Part shown: positions 1-14,581 of the stretch, piece after piece
How positions within the stretch are numbered: the stretch's first letter is position 1
How the letters are laid out: every line of letters starts with the position of its first letter
Translations under genes and position numbers: made by a program
Source of the DNA: Octopus sinensis
Lineage: Eukaryota
Length of the DNA stretch: 64,000 nt
Assembly: GCF_006345805.1 (NCBI RefSeq)
Contig: NC_043019.1
Span: forward strand, 29,387,360 to 29,451,359
Direction: 5' to 3'
The notes under the pieces: model-generated
The model's input: the letters and a program-made list of their open reading frames with translations, nothing else
Told to the model about the DNA's origin: nothing
Databases searched by the model: none

Positions 1-2
1 TA

Positions 3-216
3 GGTGGCGAGCTGGCAGAAACGTTAGCACACCGGGCGAAATGCGTAGCCGTATTTCGTCTGCCATTATGTTCTGAGTTCAAATTCCGCCGAGGTCGACT
101 TTGCCTTTCATCCTTTCGGGGTCGATAAATTAAGTACCAGTTAATAGACTTAATCCGTTTGTCTGTCCTTGTTTGTCTTCTCTGTGTTTAGCCCCCAGTG
201 GGTAGTAAAGAAATAA
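3..216 (+). mobile_element. tRNA-derived SINE, family A
   Basis: Head GGTGGCGAGCTGGCAGAAACGTTAGC, B-box-like GAGTTCAAATTCC, central GTCGACTTTGCCTTTCATCCTTTCGGGGTCGATAAA; near-identical copies at 3492, 5455, 6569, 48694. Confidence 0.85.
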
Positions 217-1586
217 GTATGCTGTGCTCGACAAGATCTACCCATCAAGGTGAAACTGAGGTGCTGAATGCATAATGTGTATATATATATATATATATAT
301 ACAATTGAGCTCTTCATTCAGTTTGCCTTTGTTTCATCTGTGATCAGCTCACATACGCAAGAATGTGTGTGCATGTAAGGATTCATCTCAATCTGTATTT
401 ATTTTTGAATAACAGAAAACTATATATGCAGTAGCAACCATTTACAGGTAACTGAAAAGTTTACAAACTCTTATATTAACCAGCATTAGTGCATTCGGGT
501 GTTGTAGTGGTTGTTCAGACTCGGTGTCCCCTGGTTGAATTAACCTATGATCAAGGCATTCCAGCCATGGCATTCATACCTTAATTTCACACATAACCTA
601 TCTAGAACTTCATTAACCAAGTGTTCCTTTGTTGTTGATGCTCTTTAACCTCCAGTTCAACTCCAATCAAACAGACTTATGATCAAAGACATTCCAGTCA
701 CAACAATTACAATATTTTTTTCTGACATCAGTGGATGGCATTTGAGGGAGATTTGATAGCTTTTTCTAACAAAATGACCAACCATACAGTGGCTTCCTTG
801 TTGATTTTTTTTTAGTAAGTTGTTTTTTTTAAGAAGGAGATTTGATTGCTAATTCTAGCAGGTCAAGCAGTGACAACTACATAGAGTTTCCCTTACCGGG
901 TTTTTAAAAGATGGTAAAGTGTGATTTGAAGGAGGTTTGGCACCTACATAGTTATTTTAATTGATCTATGTTAGCTATTCTGCCAACTTCAAATATATAG
1001 CTTTCATCTCGTTTAATTACTTTATTGACCTCTGTATACCTGGTTCTTTTTAATTACCTTCTTGACCTAGTTTTAATTAGTTTTTTTAAGGAAAACATTC
1101 ACTTCCCCCCCACCTTATTCCACAACACTTTGTCTCTCATTAAAAAAAATTAAATAACTACTCAAAAAACTAATTGCTGCCATCTTTCACTAGCTATAAA
1201 AACTGATTAAAAAAAACATATATATGCAATAAAATATATGATTCAATTAAATTTTTAATGAAAGAAAATTATATTTTGTTAGGTATGAATACAAACAGAA
1301 GCAATGCAAAATACGAGTGATAATCAGCCAGTGGGGATTCAAACAAGACCTGGTTGATAGGATACCTAAACTGCATTAAAGAAAAATGCTTAGTTTATTA
1401 GCAGGAACTCACTCCCCACCACACTCCTACCTCTGTTCCATAGATATATCATCTTCTCTCTCACTCTTTCCACTTACTCTACTGCTTACTGCTTTGATTC
1501 TCAGAGCTGGCTGTTTGATCTTGTACCACCTCAACTCAAACATTCCCAGCTTACTTATCTCTCCTCCTCTCACGTTCCTCCAGCAT

Positions 1587-1872
1587 GGAGGCAAATGGCC
1601 TAGTGGTTAGAGCAGCGGATTCATGGTCAAGGGATCGTGGGTTCGAATCTCAGACTGGGCGATGTGTGTGTTTAAGAGCGAAACACCTAAGCTCCATGAG
1701 GCTCTTGCAGAAGGTGATGGCGAACTTCTGCTGACTCTTTCGCCGCAACTTTCTCTCACTCTTTCCTCCTGCATCTCGCAGCTCACCTGCGACAGACCGG
1801 CGTCCCGTCCAGGTGGGCAACCAGCCCTTATGAGCCAGGCATGGCTCGAGAAGGAACAAGCAAACAACAACA
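1587..1872 (+). mobile_element. tRNA-derived SINE, family C (V-domain-like centre)
   Basis: A box TGGCCTAGTGG, B box GGTTCGAATCT; CCTGCGACAGACCGGCGTCCCGTCCAGG resembles the V-SINE central domain; (AAC)n tail. Confidence 0.75.
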
Positions 1873-2317
1873 TTCCTCCAGCCCCTGCATCAGCCAGTAC
1901 ATCTAGTCCGTCCTTCCCAGGACACTATCTTCTATGAATTCCCTTGCATACCATGATTTCCTGCAACTATCAACCATGTCCATCTCACAGGTCTTGGAAA
2001 GCCTGTGATGACTAGTCTTTCTCTAGCCCAATAAAAAAAAGGGGGGGGTACCTTCACCATAATGCAACACATACTCTCACATTACTGTATTTTCTAGCAT
2101 ACAAGACGATGTAGCATGTATTGTAAACATTCAAACATCATCACTATCTTTTCAAATCCTGCAACATTTCACAAGGAACTTTTGGACCTTTCCAAAGTTG
2201 TCTTGGTGTATAAGTTGATCTACCTTTTTCAGCTGTAAATATTGGTCTGAACACTTTGACTTTTATGTTGGAAAACAGTCATTCACAGTACTGTGATATC
2301 ATATTTTTGACCCCTGG

Positions 2318-2348
<31 letters not shown>

Positions 2349-3491
2349 CGTTTTTATTATATACCAAATATATACGTTTTTATTATTATTTTGCAATTTA
2401 CTTAATCATTGGTATATTATTGTTATTTTAATTTTAATATTTCTATTATATGTAATTTTCTAGATGGTGCAATTTAACTGTTCATTTTGAATTGATAAAA
2501 GTTGGTTTTTTTCTCATTTTTATATATATATATTATATTTTGTGAAATTTGATTCAGTATTTCTAAATTGAATTTTTCCCTGTAAGTTAGGAATAATATC
2601 CCTTCAAATAATAATTATTATTATTATATATATATACATATAATTCCCTTAAATACTTGTATACCTTCACCAATCACTCAATTTGGATTCATTCAATATA
2701 TACCCTTTACTCTCAAACCCCAAAGTAACAACCCTCATCCAGTTTTCATAGAACACCAACGAAATGCTATTAGTAGCTTCATTTATGATTTATAAATAAC
2801 ACAAATTTAATTTAATTTTTGGAGAACTAATGCAGATTATAAATATAGATACTAAGTTCTCTGGATAGGTTATTGACTTTTTAATTCTCTCACTCTGTCT
2901 ATCGCTTGCTCTGGCATAAGCACGCACACGCGCATGTGAGAGCAGACAAACACTATTTCTTTTGCAACAGTAGCCAGATAAGTGTCGTTTCCATAAATAA
3001 GTTTTGTGTTCTATCTCCAACAGAATCATGAGCCATCTTAACATTATATAACTAACTTTACATTCGTAAATGATCAAATTCTCTTATGTTGTTGTTGTTG
3101 TGTAGTTTCGCCCCAGGTCGTCCCTAACTGAGCAGTCCAATGATCAAATGCTATTTAGCTATGACCAACAATAGAAGTATGCGTATACCCAGGACGATGT
3201 AGCCGTGGGTACTCATCGTCACCAACACCATCACTGTTATCACCATCATCATTACCACTGCCACCATTATTTTAACCTCCAATTTCCTATGCTGTCATGG
3301 GTTGGATAGCATACCACTGCTTGCATCATCTTCCACATACAGCAACAAAGAAAACCAGCCAATTTTGATATTGTGTACACTTTACATTATGCACTGAGTA
3401 TCTTATCATGCTACAAACAATACCAGACTGGTTGCTCTTTCTTAGGAAGACTAAAGGAAACTCTTATTCAGTTCTCATTCGGGTTAAATAC

Positions 3492-3725
3492 CTATTTCTT
3501 TACTACCCACAAGTGGCTAAAAACAGAGAGGACAAACAAGGACAGACAAATGGATCAAGTCGATTACATCAACCCCAATGTGTAACTGGTACTTAATTTA
3601 TCAACCCCAAAAGGATGAAAGGCAAAGTTGACCGTGGCAGAATTTGAACTCAGAACGTAACGGCAGACGAAATACCGCTAAGCATTTCGCCCGGTGTGCT
3701 AACATTTGTGCCAGCTCACCGCCTT
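3492..3725 (-). mobile_element. SINE family A copy
   Basis: Reverse complement of the 3-216 element. Confidence 0.85.
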
Positions 3726-3984
3726 GTCCTCTTAGATGAGTAACCTGCAATGTGACTTGTGGAGTTTTGTTGAGTTATTATTAGTTCTTTAATCATAATT
3801 AAATTTCATAAAAATCATGAAAAAGTTCTCCTTCATGATACACTCAGTCTCCATATTATATATTTTTTTTTTTTTTATCAACAGTAATCTTTTTAATTTT
3901 TGACGCTGAAATTGCTTTGTTACTACCTATAATCATTAACTTTTTACTTTCCCCTTCAATTATCTATCTCTCCATCATTATCAC

Positions 3985-4170
3985 TCTCATTTAACGTCCG
4001 TTTTCCATGCTGACATGCCTTGGATGGCTTGACAGGAACTGGCAAGACCAGAGGCAACATCATGTTCCATAGTTCGTTTTGGCCTGGCTTCTACTGTTGG
4101 ATGCCCTTCCTAATGCCAACTACTTTACACAGTGTATTAGGTGCTTCTTACACATCACTAACATCCACAT
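3985..4170 (-). mobile_element. 3-prime tail fragment of the RTE LINE family
   Basis: TTTAACGTCCGTTTTCCATGC and GGATGCCCTTCCTAATGCCAAC match the 3-prime UTR of the RTE at 60750-62569. Confidence 0.75.
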
Positions 4171-5454
4171 CAATGCTTTTTCACATGGCAACTTTGTTTT
4201 AGGATATCAATTCTGTTGTGATCTATTATTTTTCTCATTATTCTAATTAATGGCTTGCTCCATGAATAATCAAATATTTTAAAACTGAATGTAAAAGTAA
4301 TATACCATGTGTTCCATTCTGATGTAGTTTTTGGATACCCTATCACCAAGCATTTTACAGAGGCACTCAAGGGAGCATTTCATCATGTCACCAGCACTAG
4401 ATGGGATACATCATGACAGAAAGACTAAAGAGTGACCTCTATATCAGGTCTTATTCAGAGTTACTGCTGTCTTAAATAGGTAGTCTGATGCAGCTTATGT
4501 CCATCTCATTATTCATACATTCTATCATTATATAGGAGAAGGGAGAGCCACTAAAAAAAACACCTTCGACTCTGTATCAGTTCTTATTCACAGTTAACAA
4601 TCTCCAAGGCATGCAACCTGTGGTGCAACCCACATGACTTGTCTCCTTCAGATGTTGGCACCCAACAGGCATCTTTCCTATGGCTGGGAGGTCATGGACT
4701 TAGAATGTAAGGAGGGATTTGGCTACAAAGAAATTGGAAGTGGCAGTTTATGACAGCTGTGCACAAAGGTTGCTGTCTTTATGTGAGCAAGCAAGAGATG
4801 TCTTATGAAAACAGTCTGAGAATAAGTCTGTTTTCATGGTATTACAGTCTGGTTGGCAAGGCAGTGTATCCTGATAAACTCCATGGAAATTGGAGGTAAG
4901 AGTGGTTAGGTGGGTTTTGTAACATATGAGCTAAAACAATCAGTCTCTATCTTTGAGTCATCTATATTTTTTGCATTTATTTGAAATGTATTAGAAATAA
5001 ATATCAATCAAGTAAATAGCTAAAATATTTAACATAAGTATTTCTCACTGCCAACAGATGATTGAAGTGAAACAAAAACAAACAGCTGAAATAGGAAGAA
5101 CATCCCCATTCCCCAGTCATATGTTAGAAACATTTGAACTAAAAATATTTGTGTCTTTAACTCATCTACATTAAAGGGTCAGAAAAGATGGGACAATTAT
5201 GGCTTCAGTACCTTTGATCATATGGCTGCTGAACTGAAAGGCAGATATACACTATTTCTGAATAAACAGACGAGATGGATACAAGGTTGGCTCATATTGA
5301 AAAGTGTGCTTTTGTATGTAGCAGGAGAAGAGGCAGACATAATAAACACTACTGTGAGTCAGTAGCTGTAATGTGTTGTCAAGTCCTTCTCGAACTACCA
5401 AATCCCTGTGAATTAGATCTGGTAGCAGATGCAGCATGGCTAAACAGTTGAGAA

Positions 5455-5686
5455 GGCGGTGAGCTGGCAGAAACGTTAGCATGCCGGACGAAATGTGTGG
5501 CCGTATTTCGTCTGCCGTTACGTTCTAGGTTCAAATTCCGCTGAGGTCGACTTTGTCTTTCATCCTTTCGGGGTCAATAAATTAAGTACCAGTTACGCAC
5601 TGGGGTCAGTGTAATCGACTTAATCCATTTGTCTGTCCTTGTTTGTCCCCTTTGTGTTTAGCCCCTTGTGGGTAGTAAAGAAAAAA
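5455..5686 (+). mobile_element. SINE family A copy
   Basis: Matches family A; flanked by AAACAGTTGAGAAG / AAACAGTTTAGAAG, a probable TSD with one mismatch. Confidence 0.85.
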
Positions 5687-5924
5687 AAAAACAGTTTAGA
5701 AGTTTGCCGTCTAATCAAAAGGTCCAGGGTTCGATCAACAGCATGGTATCTAAAGCAAGTGTCTTTTACCATGGCCTTAGGACAAGGGTAATAGTAAAAG
5801 ACACTGTTGAATGAAATTTAAAAAAAGCAGATACTGGACCATGGTGCAGTCCTTGAACCCATCAGATCCTATCAAACTGTACAGCCCATGTCAGCATGGA
5901 ACATGGACATAAAACAATGCTCAT

Positions 5925-6270
5925 GATATATGGCTGTGTGGTAAGAAGCTTGCTTCTCATCCACATGGTTCTGGGTTCAGTCTCATTGTGTGGCACCTTG
6001 GGCAAGTGTCTTCTACTAAGACTTCAGGATGACCAAAGCCTTGTGAGTGAATTTAGCAGATGGAAACTGAAAGAAGCCTGCTGTATATGTATGTATATTT
6101 ATATATTTATGTGCGTGTATCTCTGTATCTGGGTTTGTCCCTCACCACTGCTGGACAACTGATGTTGGTGTATTTATGTCTCTGCAACTTAGTGGTTCAG
6201 CAAAAAAGACCGACAGAATAAGTACAAGGGTTAAAAAAACAATAAGTTCAAGGGTTGATTTGTTTGGAAG
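5925..6270 (+). mobile_element. tRNA-derived SINE, family B (degraded)
   Basis: GGCTGTGTGGTAAGAAGCTTG head, GGGTTCAGTC, CCTTGGGCAAGTGTCTTCTACT core shared with 16343 and 52926 copies. Confidence 0.75.
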
Positions 6271-6568
6271 GTGATGCCACACTGGCCAGATCTAGCCTCC
6301 TACACCAAACCTACAGTGTTATTCCAAAACTAAACAATCACATCATTGAAATCACAATAATGCAGGATCAATTCAAAACACTGTGAATAAACAAGCATAA
6401 CATTTCATAGAATAATCTGAATGCTAAAGAGTTAGGAAACTGCCAGCAGTCAGACCTTGAGTGGACAGGCTTCACCAGATCTAAAAATGCCAAACTGTGC
6501 CACTGGATGTCACAACTGTGCCCCTACAATTCCATCAGGAATTGAGGATATGGTATGTCCTACACACA

Positions 6569-6801
6569 AAGGTGGCGAGCTAGCAGAAACGTTAGCACGC
6601 TGGGCGAAATGCTTAGCGGTATTTCGTCTGCCATTACGTTGTGAGTTCAAATTCCGCCGAGGTCGACTTTACCTTTCATCCTTTCGGGGTCTATTAAATA
6701 AGTACCAGTTACGCACTGGGGTCGATGTAATAGACTTAATACCTATGTCTGTCCTTGTTTGTCCCCTCTATGCTTAGCCCCTTGTGGGTAATAAAGAAAT
6801 A
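6569..6801 (+). mobile_element. SINE family A copy with 17-bp TSD
   Basis: GGTATGTCCTACACACA at 6552-6568 and 6802-6818. Confidence 0.9.
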
Positions 6802-6842
6802 GGTATGTCCTACACACACACATAGTTATACAAGCGTATATC

Positions 6843-7514
6843 TTGGGTCATGCATGAACTAAAATTTGGAGGGGGACAGGATAAACTACTTGCATCAACT
6901 TGCTTTTTAAAAAAAAGCAGGTAGTAATTTTACCTTGTACTTATTCTTAGTGCAAGTTTTGAAGAGTGCAGTTCTATTTTAACAGTTATTTTTGCAAAGC
7001 TATAATGGAAGTGACAAAGGTGCATATTCAGCCTATTTTGCTTTATGAGTTCAATAAAGGTAACAATGCAATGGAAAGTGTGAAGAATATTAATGCAGTA
7101 TATATGGATCAGACAATAAGAATCAGCCTGTGTCAACGGTGGTTCCAGAAATTTAGAGCCTTGTCATGGAAGATCTGTAGAGCTTGACAAGGTTTTCCTG
7201 CAAACCCCGGAGGAAAAAATCCCATTGTAAATGTTGAGGAACTAGCAGAGAAGCTTGGATTTGGTAATTCAACCATTCATCGACCCCTGCATACCATCGG
7301 AAGAGTCAGCAAATTGGGGCAATGGGTTCTTCACAAACTTTCCGAGTCTAATTACGCACAGGGATGAATGTGTGCTCTTCTTTGCTACCAGATAGATGGA
7401 AGAGCATTGTAGAAAATGAAGGAGAGTATATTTTAGATTTAAAAAAAACTTTATCTTAATTTTGAAATAATAAAAGAAGTACTAAAAAACCACATTATTT
7501 ATGGGATGACCCAA
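6843..7514 (+). mobile_element. Internally deleted mariner transposon (transposase pseudogene, N-terminal HTH region)
   Basis: From about 7003: MEVTKVHIQPILLYEFNKGNNAMESVKNINAVY...CQRWFQKFR, then EELAEKLGFGNSTIHRPLHTIGRVSKLGQW; degenerate TIRs TTGGGTCATGCATGAA (6843) and TTATTTATGGGATGACCCAA+TA (7495-7516). Confidence 0.85.
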
Positions 7515-10500
7515 TAGATGTATGGATACATACGCACACTTATATATACATATGAACATGCCCATATATACATACACACACATGCACATATATATGTATA
7601 TATATATCACTGTATGTGCGGAATAGTTTTATAAGACATCCCTGATATATATATGTGGTGTTCTAAGAATCCATGTCATATATATACGCATTTACATGTA
7701 TATACACAGATACACACAACTGCACACACACACAACTGCACACACACACACACATACATATTTACAAACATGTGCACACAAAGAAACATACGTTTATAAA
7801 TGTGTACAGAAACACACGCTCACACACAAATTAATGCTTAGGTAAAGGAATCTATATTGAAACTATAAATCAAAGATACTTTTTTTTCTTCTCACTAATA
7901 TGTCTTAACTCAACTCTATGATATCATAAAAATGTGTCACAGGAAAAATAGTGTATTTTTAATAGCCAATATCTGTAAGAAAATACGAGAAATCAATGTC
8001 AAATGTTCATGACAAATACTTTGAAAGCGAAGCTAATACATCAATTTGTGTTTGTAGTAATAGCAATGTAAACAGCACTGGCAGACTTTGTTTCTATAAA
8101 TTGAGCAAAGCAAAAATACTTAGCAAGTCTTGAAGGAAGGAAATTTAAAAATACACTCACATCAAAAGTTCCAATGTTTGAACCTCACCATAAATGCATA
8201 AACGCAAATGGATGTTTTATGGTATATAGTTATTGTTGGAGAAGAGAGTAGGCTTTTAATACACATGCACCCATTATATATTAAAGCTAACAAAGGAGAT
8301 GTTTCTACAAGGTCGTTTCGGCTGCTAGAAATATCAACCAAATTTCTTCAAATCACATCCTGCCATCTTTGAGAAGGTAAGAAAGGAAGCCTGTCGTGTA
8401 TGTATGTGTCTGAGGATGTCACCCACCACCACCACTTAATAACTGGTGTCGTTGTGTTAACATCCCTGTAACTTGGCAGCTCAGCAAAAGAGACTAATAC
8501 AATAAGTACCAGTCTTAAAAGCCCCCCCCCCCCAAAAAAAATAATAATAAATACTAGAGTTGATTAATTTGACTATAACTTTTTCAAGGTGTTGCTCCAG
8601 CATGGTCACAGTCTAATGACTGAAACAAGAGGAAGATAAAAGATAGATATGTATTTTTGGTGAGGATGACCTGGGGTTAAGCATGTAAAAGACCAATGCA
8701 GAAAAAAAGGGGTAGAAATTTAAGTACTATCAACCTACCTGAGATAACTCCTGATTTTATGACAGAAAACTCTTTAGCTTCAAAGTATTTATATTTAAAT
8801 ACAAACTTCCCATCATAACATTATGGAAGAATCTTTTAGTCAAGTTCTGTTCCGAATAACTCTCTTAATAACATCTAAGATATTTCCCTTAATGTCTCCA
8901 AATCTTTGATTATTTTCAACGTTAATCGAAAGACACAGACAGTTGTATTTCATTAGAAACACAGTCACGAACAAATTAAGCAGATGAACAGAAAAAGTGG
9001 AAAAATATCCGCAACGACAGAACTTTTAACAAGTGTTAACTCAACAAATGAATAAAAGCAACAAAAGGTGCTTAATTGCTATATTTCATGTACTTGTCAT
9101 GCATGTTTACAACTTCAGCAGCTTAAATCACAGAGTTATGTTGAAATATTAATATACATTGTTACAGTAAGCTATATTATTTGTAGTTGTTTCATATCAT
9201 GTATTTGTGAAGAATAGCATAGTTGGTTAGAGGTGTCTAACAGGCCGGTCACAAAAGAGTTACGCTGAAATATTAATAGCAATGTTGGTTACAAGTGTCC
9301 GACAAACCAATTAGTGAATTGCTATATATTAATAATTCCAATGGAGAAAGCTGCAAGGGAGTGCCTGTGCAACACGGGTGGAATAAATACCACAATGTAT
9401 TTTTCTTCAAATGGACCGGTTCGTTTTTCTCAACAATGTCTAATATTCTTCACTCATAGGCACAGGCATGGCTGTGTAGTAAGAAGTTTGCTTTCCAACC
9501 ACAAGGTTCTGACTTCAGTGGGACCATCAGCTGGGCCTGTGTGTAATGCACTGAGGGAGATGAATCTACTTTACAAACACTAGTTCAGTGTCCAGCTATC
9601 ACTTGCTTGTGGAATTATGTCAAACAGTTATTGTTATGCATGGGATGGAACCAGTTGTCAGCCAAGTTCATCACAAGGATCGGTCCACCATCTTCCTTCG
9701 ACTCTTTGTGTGTGCATGTATCTTATCTGTGTCTGTGACCCACCACTACCCGACAAGCGATGTTGGTTTGTTTACATCCCCTTAACTTAGCAGTTTGGCA
9801 AAAGAGTCCAGTAGAACAAGTGCCAGGTTTTACTTCAACAAATATTGGGATTGATTCGTTTGACTAAAACTCTTCATGGCAGTCATGACTGTAGTCCAAT
9901 AGCTGAAACAAGTTAAAGATACGTATACATCTGCGCATACAATAAATTGGCAGGGTCACTAGAACAATTGACAGAATACTATGTGCTATCAGTTTCGTTT
10001 TTTTGCACTATGATTTCAACCCCACCCCCAGATCAACTTTACTTTTATACTTTTGGAATCAATAAATATCAGTTGAGTACAGTGACTGATATTTTTTCAT
10101 CTCTCTTTGAAACAGGTTATAGTCAGGCATGGTGAGGAATGAGCACAGCCTGACTTCAATACCCCAAATACATCACATATTGCTAGGAAGCCCTGAACCA
10201 TTTCATCATGAGCTGATGGCTCAATACAAGAAACCCCTCCACCTAAACACACAAATACGCACACAAAGTTCAATTTTTGACCACTAATTTTCCAGTGGTC
10301 AACCAGATGCTATCCCAGAAGGCATCAACCCAAAGTAGAGCACAATGGAATTGAAAACAAACCTTTGTGATAGCAAAGCACACATTTAAACAACACATTG
10401 GGGCATACAGCCATATTTTAACTGTATAAAATCTGGTTGCAAAGATGTGCAGATCTACAATGAATGACCCCATTACAATGAAATACTGAAAAGAAACATA

Positions 10501-10774
10501 GTAGAATTGAATGTACCAACTATGTTTTCAAGTTTCTAAAATAACTACCATAATGTTATATGAACCAAAATTCTGTATTCTAAAAAAACAGCTATGAAGT
10601 TCCTGTTATCCCTTGTACTACATGTAATAAAAGAAAAAAAATTATGAAGATATATATATATATACACACACATACATGTGTGTGTATACATAAACGTGTG
10701 TGTATGTATATATATATGGGAGGGAGAGAGAGAGATGGATAGATAGATTCATGTATTTATCTGCATAAATGCTT

Positions 10775-11135
10775 TTATTCTTTTGTTTCAGTCATTTGAC
10801 TGTGGCCATGCTGGAGCACCACCTTTAGTTGAAGAAATTGACCTCAGGACTTACTCTTTGTAAGCCTAGTACTTATTCTATCAGTTTCTTTTGCCAAACT
10901 GCTAAGTTACAGGGACGTAAGCATACGAATATCAGTTGTCAAGCGATGATGGGGAGACACACAAAAACATACAAACACACACATACGATAGGCTTCTTTC
11001 AGTTTCCGTCTACCAAATCCACTCACAAGGCTTTGGTCAGCCTGAGGCTATAGCTGAAGAAAATTGCCCAAGGTGCCACACAGTGGGACTGGACCCAGAA
11101 CCATGTGGTTGGGAAGCAAGCATCTTACCACACAG
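10775..11135 (-). mobile_element. SINE family B copy
   Basis: Reverse complement of family B including the CTCCAGCATGGCCACAGTCAAATGACTGAAAC tail. Confidence 0.8.
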
Positions 11136-11919
11136 CCACGTCATATAAATCTATATATACACATATATACATGTGCATATACATACATAAAAATATATAC
11201 ATGTATACACACATATTACGTGTGCATACACCCATATGCATACACAGTTCTGTGTATGTGTATGTCTGTAGGTATGTGCACGTATATGTACATAAGGTGT
11301 CTATACATGCATACACACACAGCTGCACAAATATACATGCATGCTTTCATATAAAATAACCAAGTCAACGTTAGACATTAAAATTCTGATACAATATCCA
11401 CTGGCTATATTCAGACGACAATCAATTTTCAACATTAATTCAAATCATGCTCTCTCTCTCAGCAATATCCAAGAACCTGGATATAAATATTAATATTTTT
11501 TCTCTCTGTTTGCAGCTTTAGGAAAAGTACACTCTTCCCGTCTCTTGCTCAGAAAATAAATTGTTTCAAAGTTCCCTTTTTCATTAGTTTCTATCATATT
11601 TCACCAATATTGCCTAATAAGCTAACAATGTCATTATTACTTCAAGTTTCTGCTTAACCTATGATAATTAAATTTCCATTAAGCTTAATTAGTTTGATCC
11701 AATGAAGGTTCCTCTATGTTAACACTCAATCCTGTAGAAACACCAGTCGAATCTCTTAGATCACAAGGCTGTAGTTTAAAAATAAATAAAGGACATATTG
11801 GAGAATGGTAGTCCTAGATCCTGAATTATAAAGGTGGAATAGTCACAGTTGGAATCCCTCTCTCTCTCTCTTTCGGAGAGGCACAAGCACCTACACGCAC
11901 ATATACACACACTGCAATA

Positions 11920-12065
11920 ACTTTTGCCTACCGAATTCAATCACAAAGCTTTGGTCGGCCCAGGGCTATAGCAGAAGACACTTGCCCAAAGTGCCATGCA
12001 GTGGGACTGAATCTGAAACCATGTAGTTAGGAAGCAAGCTCCCTAACCACACGGCCATGCCCGCA
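11920..12065 (-). mobile_element. SINE family B 5-prime half
   Basis: Head and core of family B on the minus strand. Confidence 0.7.
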
Positions 12066-12619
12066 CCTACAATATACCTGATAATAGGTTTGTTCAGCCA
12101 GAGCTGCACAATAATGACATAAGTAGTGTGAGTCACTATGCAGTTGCACACTTTGCTAGAAATACCAACTAAATTGCAATCAAAATCACACCCATCTGTA
12201 AAAAAAGGAAAACATGAGATAATGTTGTCCTACATATATCATGTCTGAAAATAATATAGACAGTCATGGCTGGAAAGTTTTTAACGATGGGGTCTGCTTA
12301 ATTGTTGTTGAGGTTCAACAACAACTTAAGCCTACCTAATACTTGTTTCTACTAAGAAACACAAGGCCTGAAATTTATGGAGAAGGAGTTAGTTGATTAC
12401 CTCAAACTCCAGTACTCAACTGGTACTTATCTTATTGACCCTGAAAGGATAACTGGCAAAGTTGACCTCTGTGGAATTTGAACTCATAACATAAAACCAG
12501 AACTGCTGCTAAGCATTTCTTCTGGTGTGTTACCTAATGATGCCAATGAGGACATAACATCATTCACACATTACATAAGAAACCCAAACCATCCAACAAA
12601 ATAACACAATTTGCATTAC

Positions 12620-12850
12620 AGGAAAAAATTGCAAGATGGATTTTTCAAGTCAAGCAAAACAGCAGGAGACCTAGGGGTAGACCAAGAATGAGACATTTGG
12701 ATAATATCCACAGTCTCAGTCAGTCGCACATGGGAATCCAGCCAAAAAGTGTAATGACAGTTGTTTCGGATAGGACCCAAAAGAGGAGATGCCTGAGGAC
12801 TATTCCCAGGACCCTTCCCAAAAGTAGTGCGCAGAGAAGTTGGATAGGTG
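12620..12850 (+). mobile_element. RTE-clade (Expander/Rex3-like) LINE 3-prime fragment
   Basis: Translates RRPRGRPRMRHLDNIHSLSQSHMGIQPKSV, resembling the RPRGRPRTRWRDYIS..LGI.PEEL RTE C-terminus. Confidence 0.6.
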
Positions 12851-12888
12851 GATGGGTGGATATATTCTTGCACAACACAGAACACACT

Positions 12889-13235
12889 TAAGTTAAGTTA
12901 AATTAAGTTAGTTAGGTTAAGTTAATATTTTGGCTCTAAAAGCAAAAAGCAAGGCCATGTAGGGGGACATGGAGTTATGTACAGGGAGGGTGTTCATGCA
13001 AAGAGTTCAGGCCATTTCTGGTCAAGAGAGACTTTGAACCAAGCAGTCGTCAGCATCTTCACTATCTCGTCCGGCAGCTTATTCCACGGATCCGCAACCC
13101 GGACGGAGAAAGCCCCTCTCCTTCGATTGAGATGAAATCGTCGCAGATAGAGCTTTTCGGAGTGACCCCGCAGCCGACGCTCTGGAGCAGGAGTGAAGAA
13201 CAGCTCTTTCGAGAGGTTACACTTTCCAGTTAACT
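12889..13235 (-). mobile_element. CR1-clade LINE 3-prime end
   Basis: LRGHSEKLYLRRFHLNRRRGAFSVRVADPWNKLPDEIV...FKVSLD is the typical CR1 ORF2 C-terminus; short UTR ending in (TTAAC)n-like repeats. Confidence 0.85.
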
Positions 13236-13706
13236 CCCATAACAAAGCAACACAATCCTACAACTCCAAGCAACTATATTGTACACACATGAGGAGCACA
13301 AAGGTGCAGTAAATAACATTTATGAAGCTGATAACCAACTACTGCCACCACCACCACTGCCACCATCGCTACTACTACTACAGCTGCTACTGCAGCAAAA
13401 TCCTCAATACAAAGTAAGGACAAATATGGACAGTATAACACGTCTTTTTATAGAAGGGACAAAAACACATGTTTCGATTCAATAGGAGGCATAAAGCATT
13501 CACAACATCAATACTAATGTAACAGAACAGCAACAACAATAATAATAATTCAGTTATATTAAATTGATTCCAAATATGAATTAGTTTACTGCTAAAAATT
13601 TCTAACACTGCTCTATCAGAAAAATCAAAATAAAATTTTTTTTTCAAGTTCTAGAAGAAGAATCTAAAAAATACATTCAATTAAACATCAGTATGTCAAT
13701 AATGTA

Positions 13707-13743
<37 letters not shown>

Positions 13744-14581
13744 ATGTGTAGGTATGTATGTATGTATGTATGAATGAATGTATGTCTACACACACAAGTA
13801 TATAATTCTTAAGAAATAATCAATTACTAGAAAATATTTTAATCAAGTATTAATTGTATAAATACTGCAAAAGATAAGCAGTAATCATTAAAATTAATGA
13901 TGAAGAAGAAAAAAAGAAATAAAAATCATGGATAAATGTTTATCAGTGCATGTGTAAGAGAACTGGTATATGGAAATACGTATATAAGAAATGAGAGAGA
14001 GAGAGAGAATATATAAGAATAAGTGTGAGACAGCTGGTGTATGAATTGTAAACCGAAGCTGACATTTCAAGTCAATACTAACTGAACAGACCTAGGATCC
14101 AAGAAAATCTCTGTGATTTCCCCCATCTTTTCAGGTGTATAGTTGAAGACTACATTACACCCTTTGGTATTACTGGATGTCTGTTTGCAAAGAGAATAAA
14201 GAATTAAACAAGACATTCATGTCTGTATGTGTGGGCAAGGTTGATATCATTTGCAACTCGTTTATGGAAATGCTCTGTAGTTTTTTGCCTCAGGTCAGCC
14301 CTGATTGAAAAGGTTTATGATCAAAAGCATTATGCAAATCCAAGAACAAAAAAAAAAGAAAAGAAAAAAAGTCAATTAGATGTACTCAGTGAATGTATTA
14401 GGGTGATGCTCAAGGAGTACAAATGATGTTTTGTGCATGGCTCTTCATCAGATAGAGAAAAAAGACCAGAGAAGAAGAAAAGGAAGGCACAGAGATAGCC
14501 CAGAGAAAAACCTGTTGTTACATGGCCATATAGCACATGGCCATATAGCACTCAGTCATAAAAATTATGCCAAACAGACCT

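Noticed and set aside
8740-8960. Minus-strand exon ending at CAG|GTAGGT (YDGKFVFKYKYFEAKEF...)
   Set aside because: In-frame stop directly upstream and no convincing acceptor.
10150-10440. Possible RTE C-terminal remnant (TFKQHIGAYSH)
   Set aside because: Single weak motif, too decayed to call.
14445-14451. CTGATGA on the minus strand as a hammerhead core (also plus strand 53829-53835)
   Set aside because: No closing stem II and GAAA downstream.
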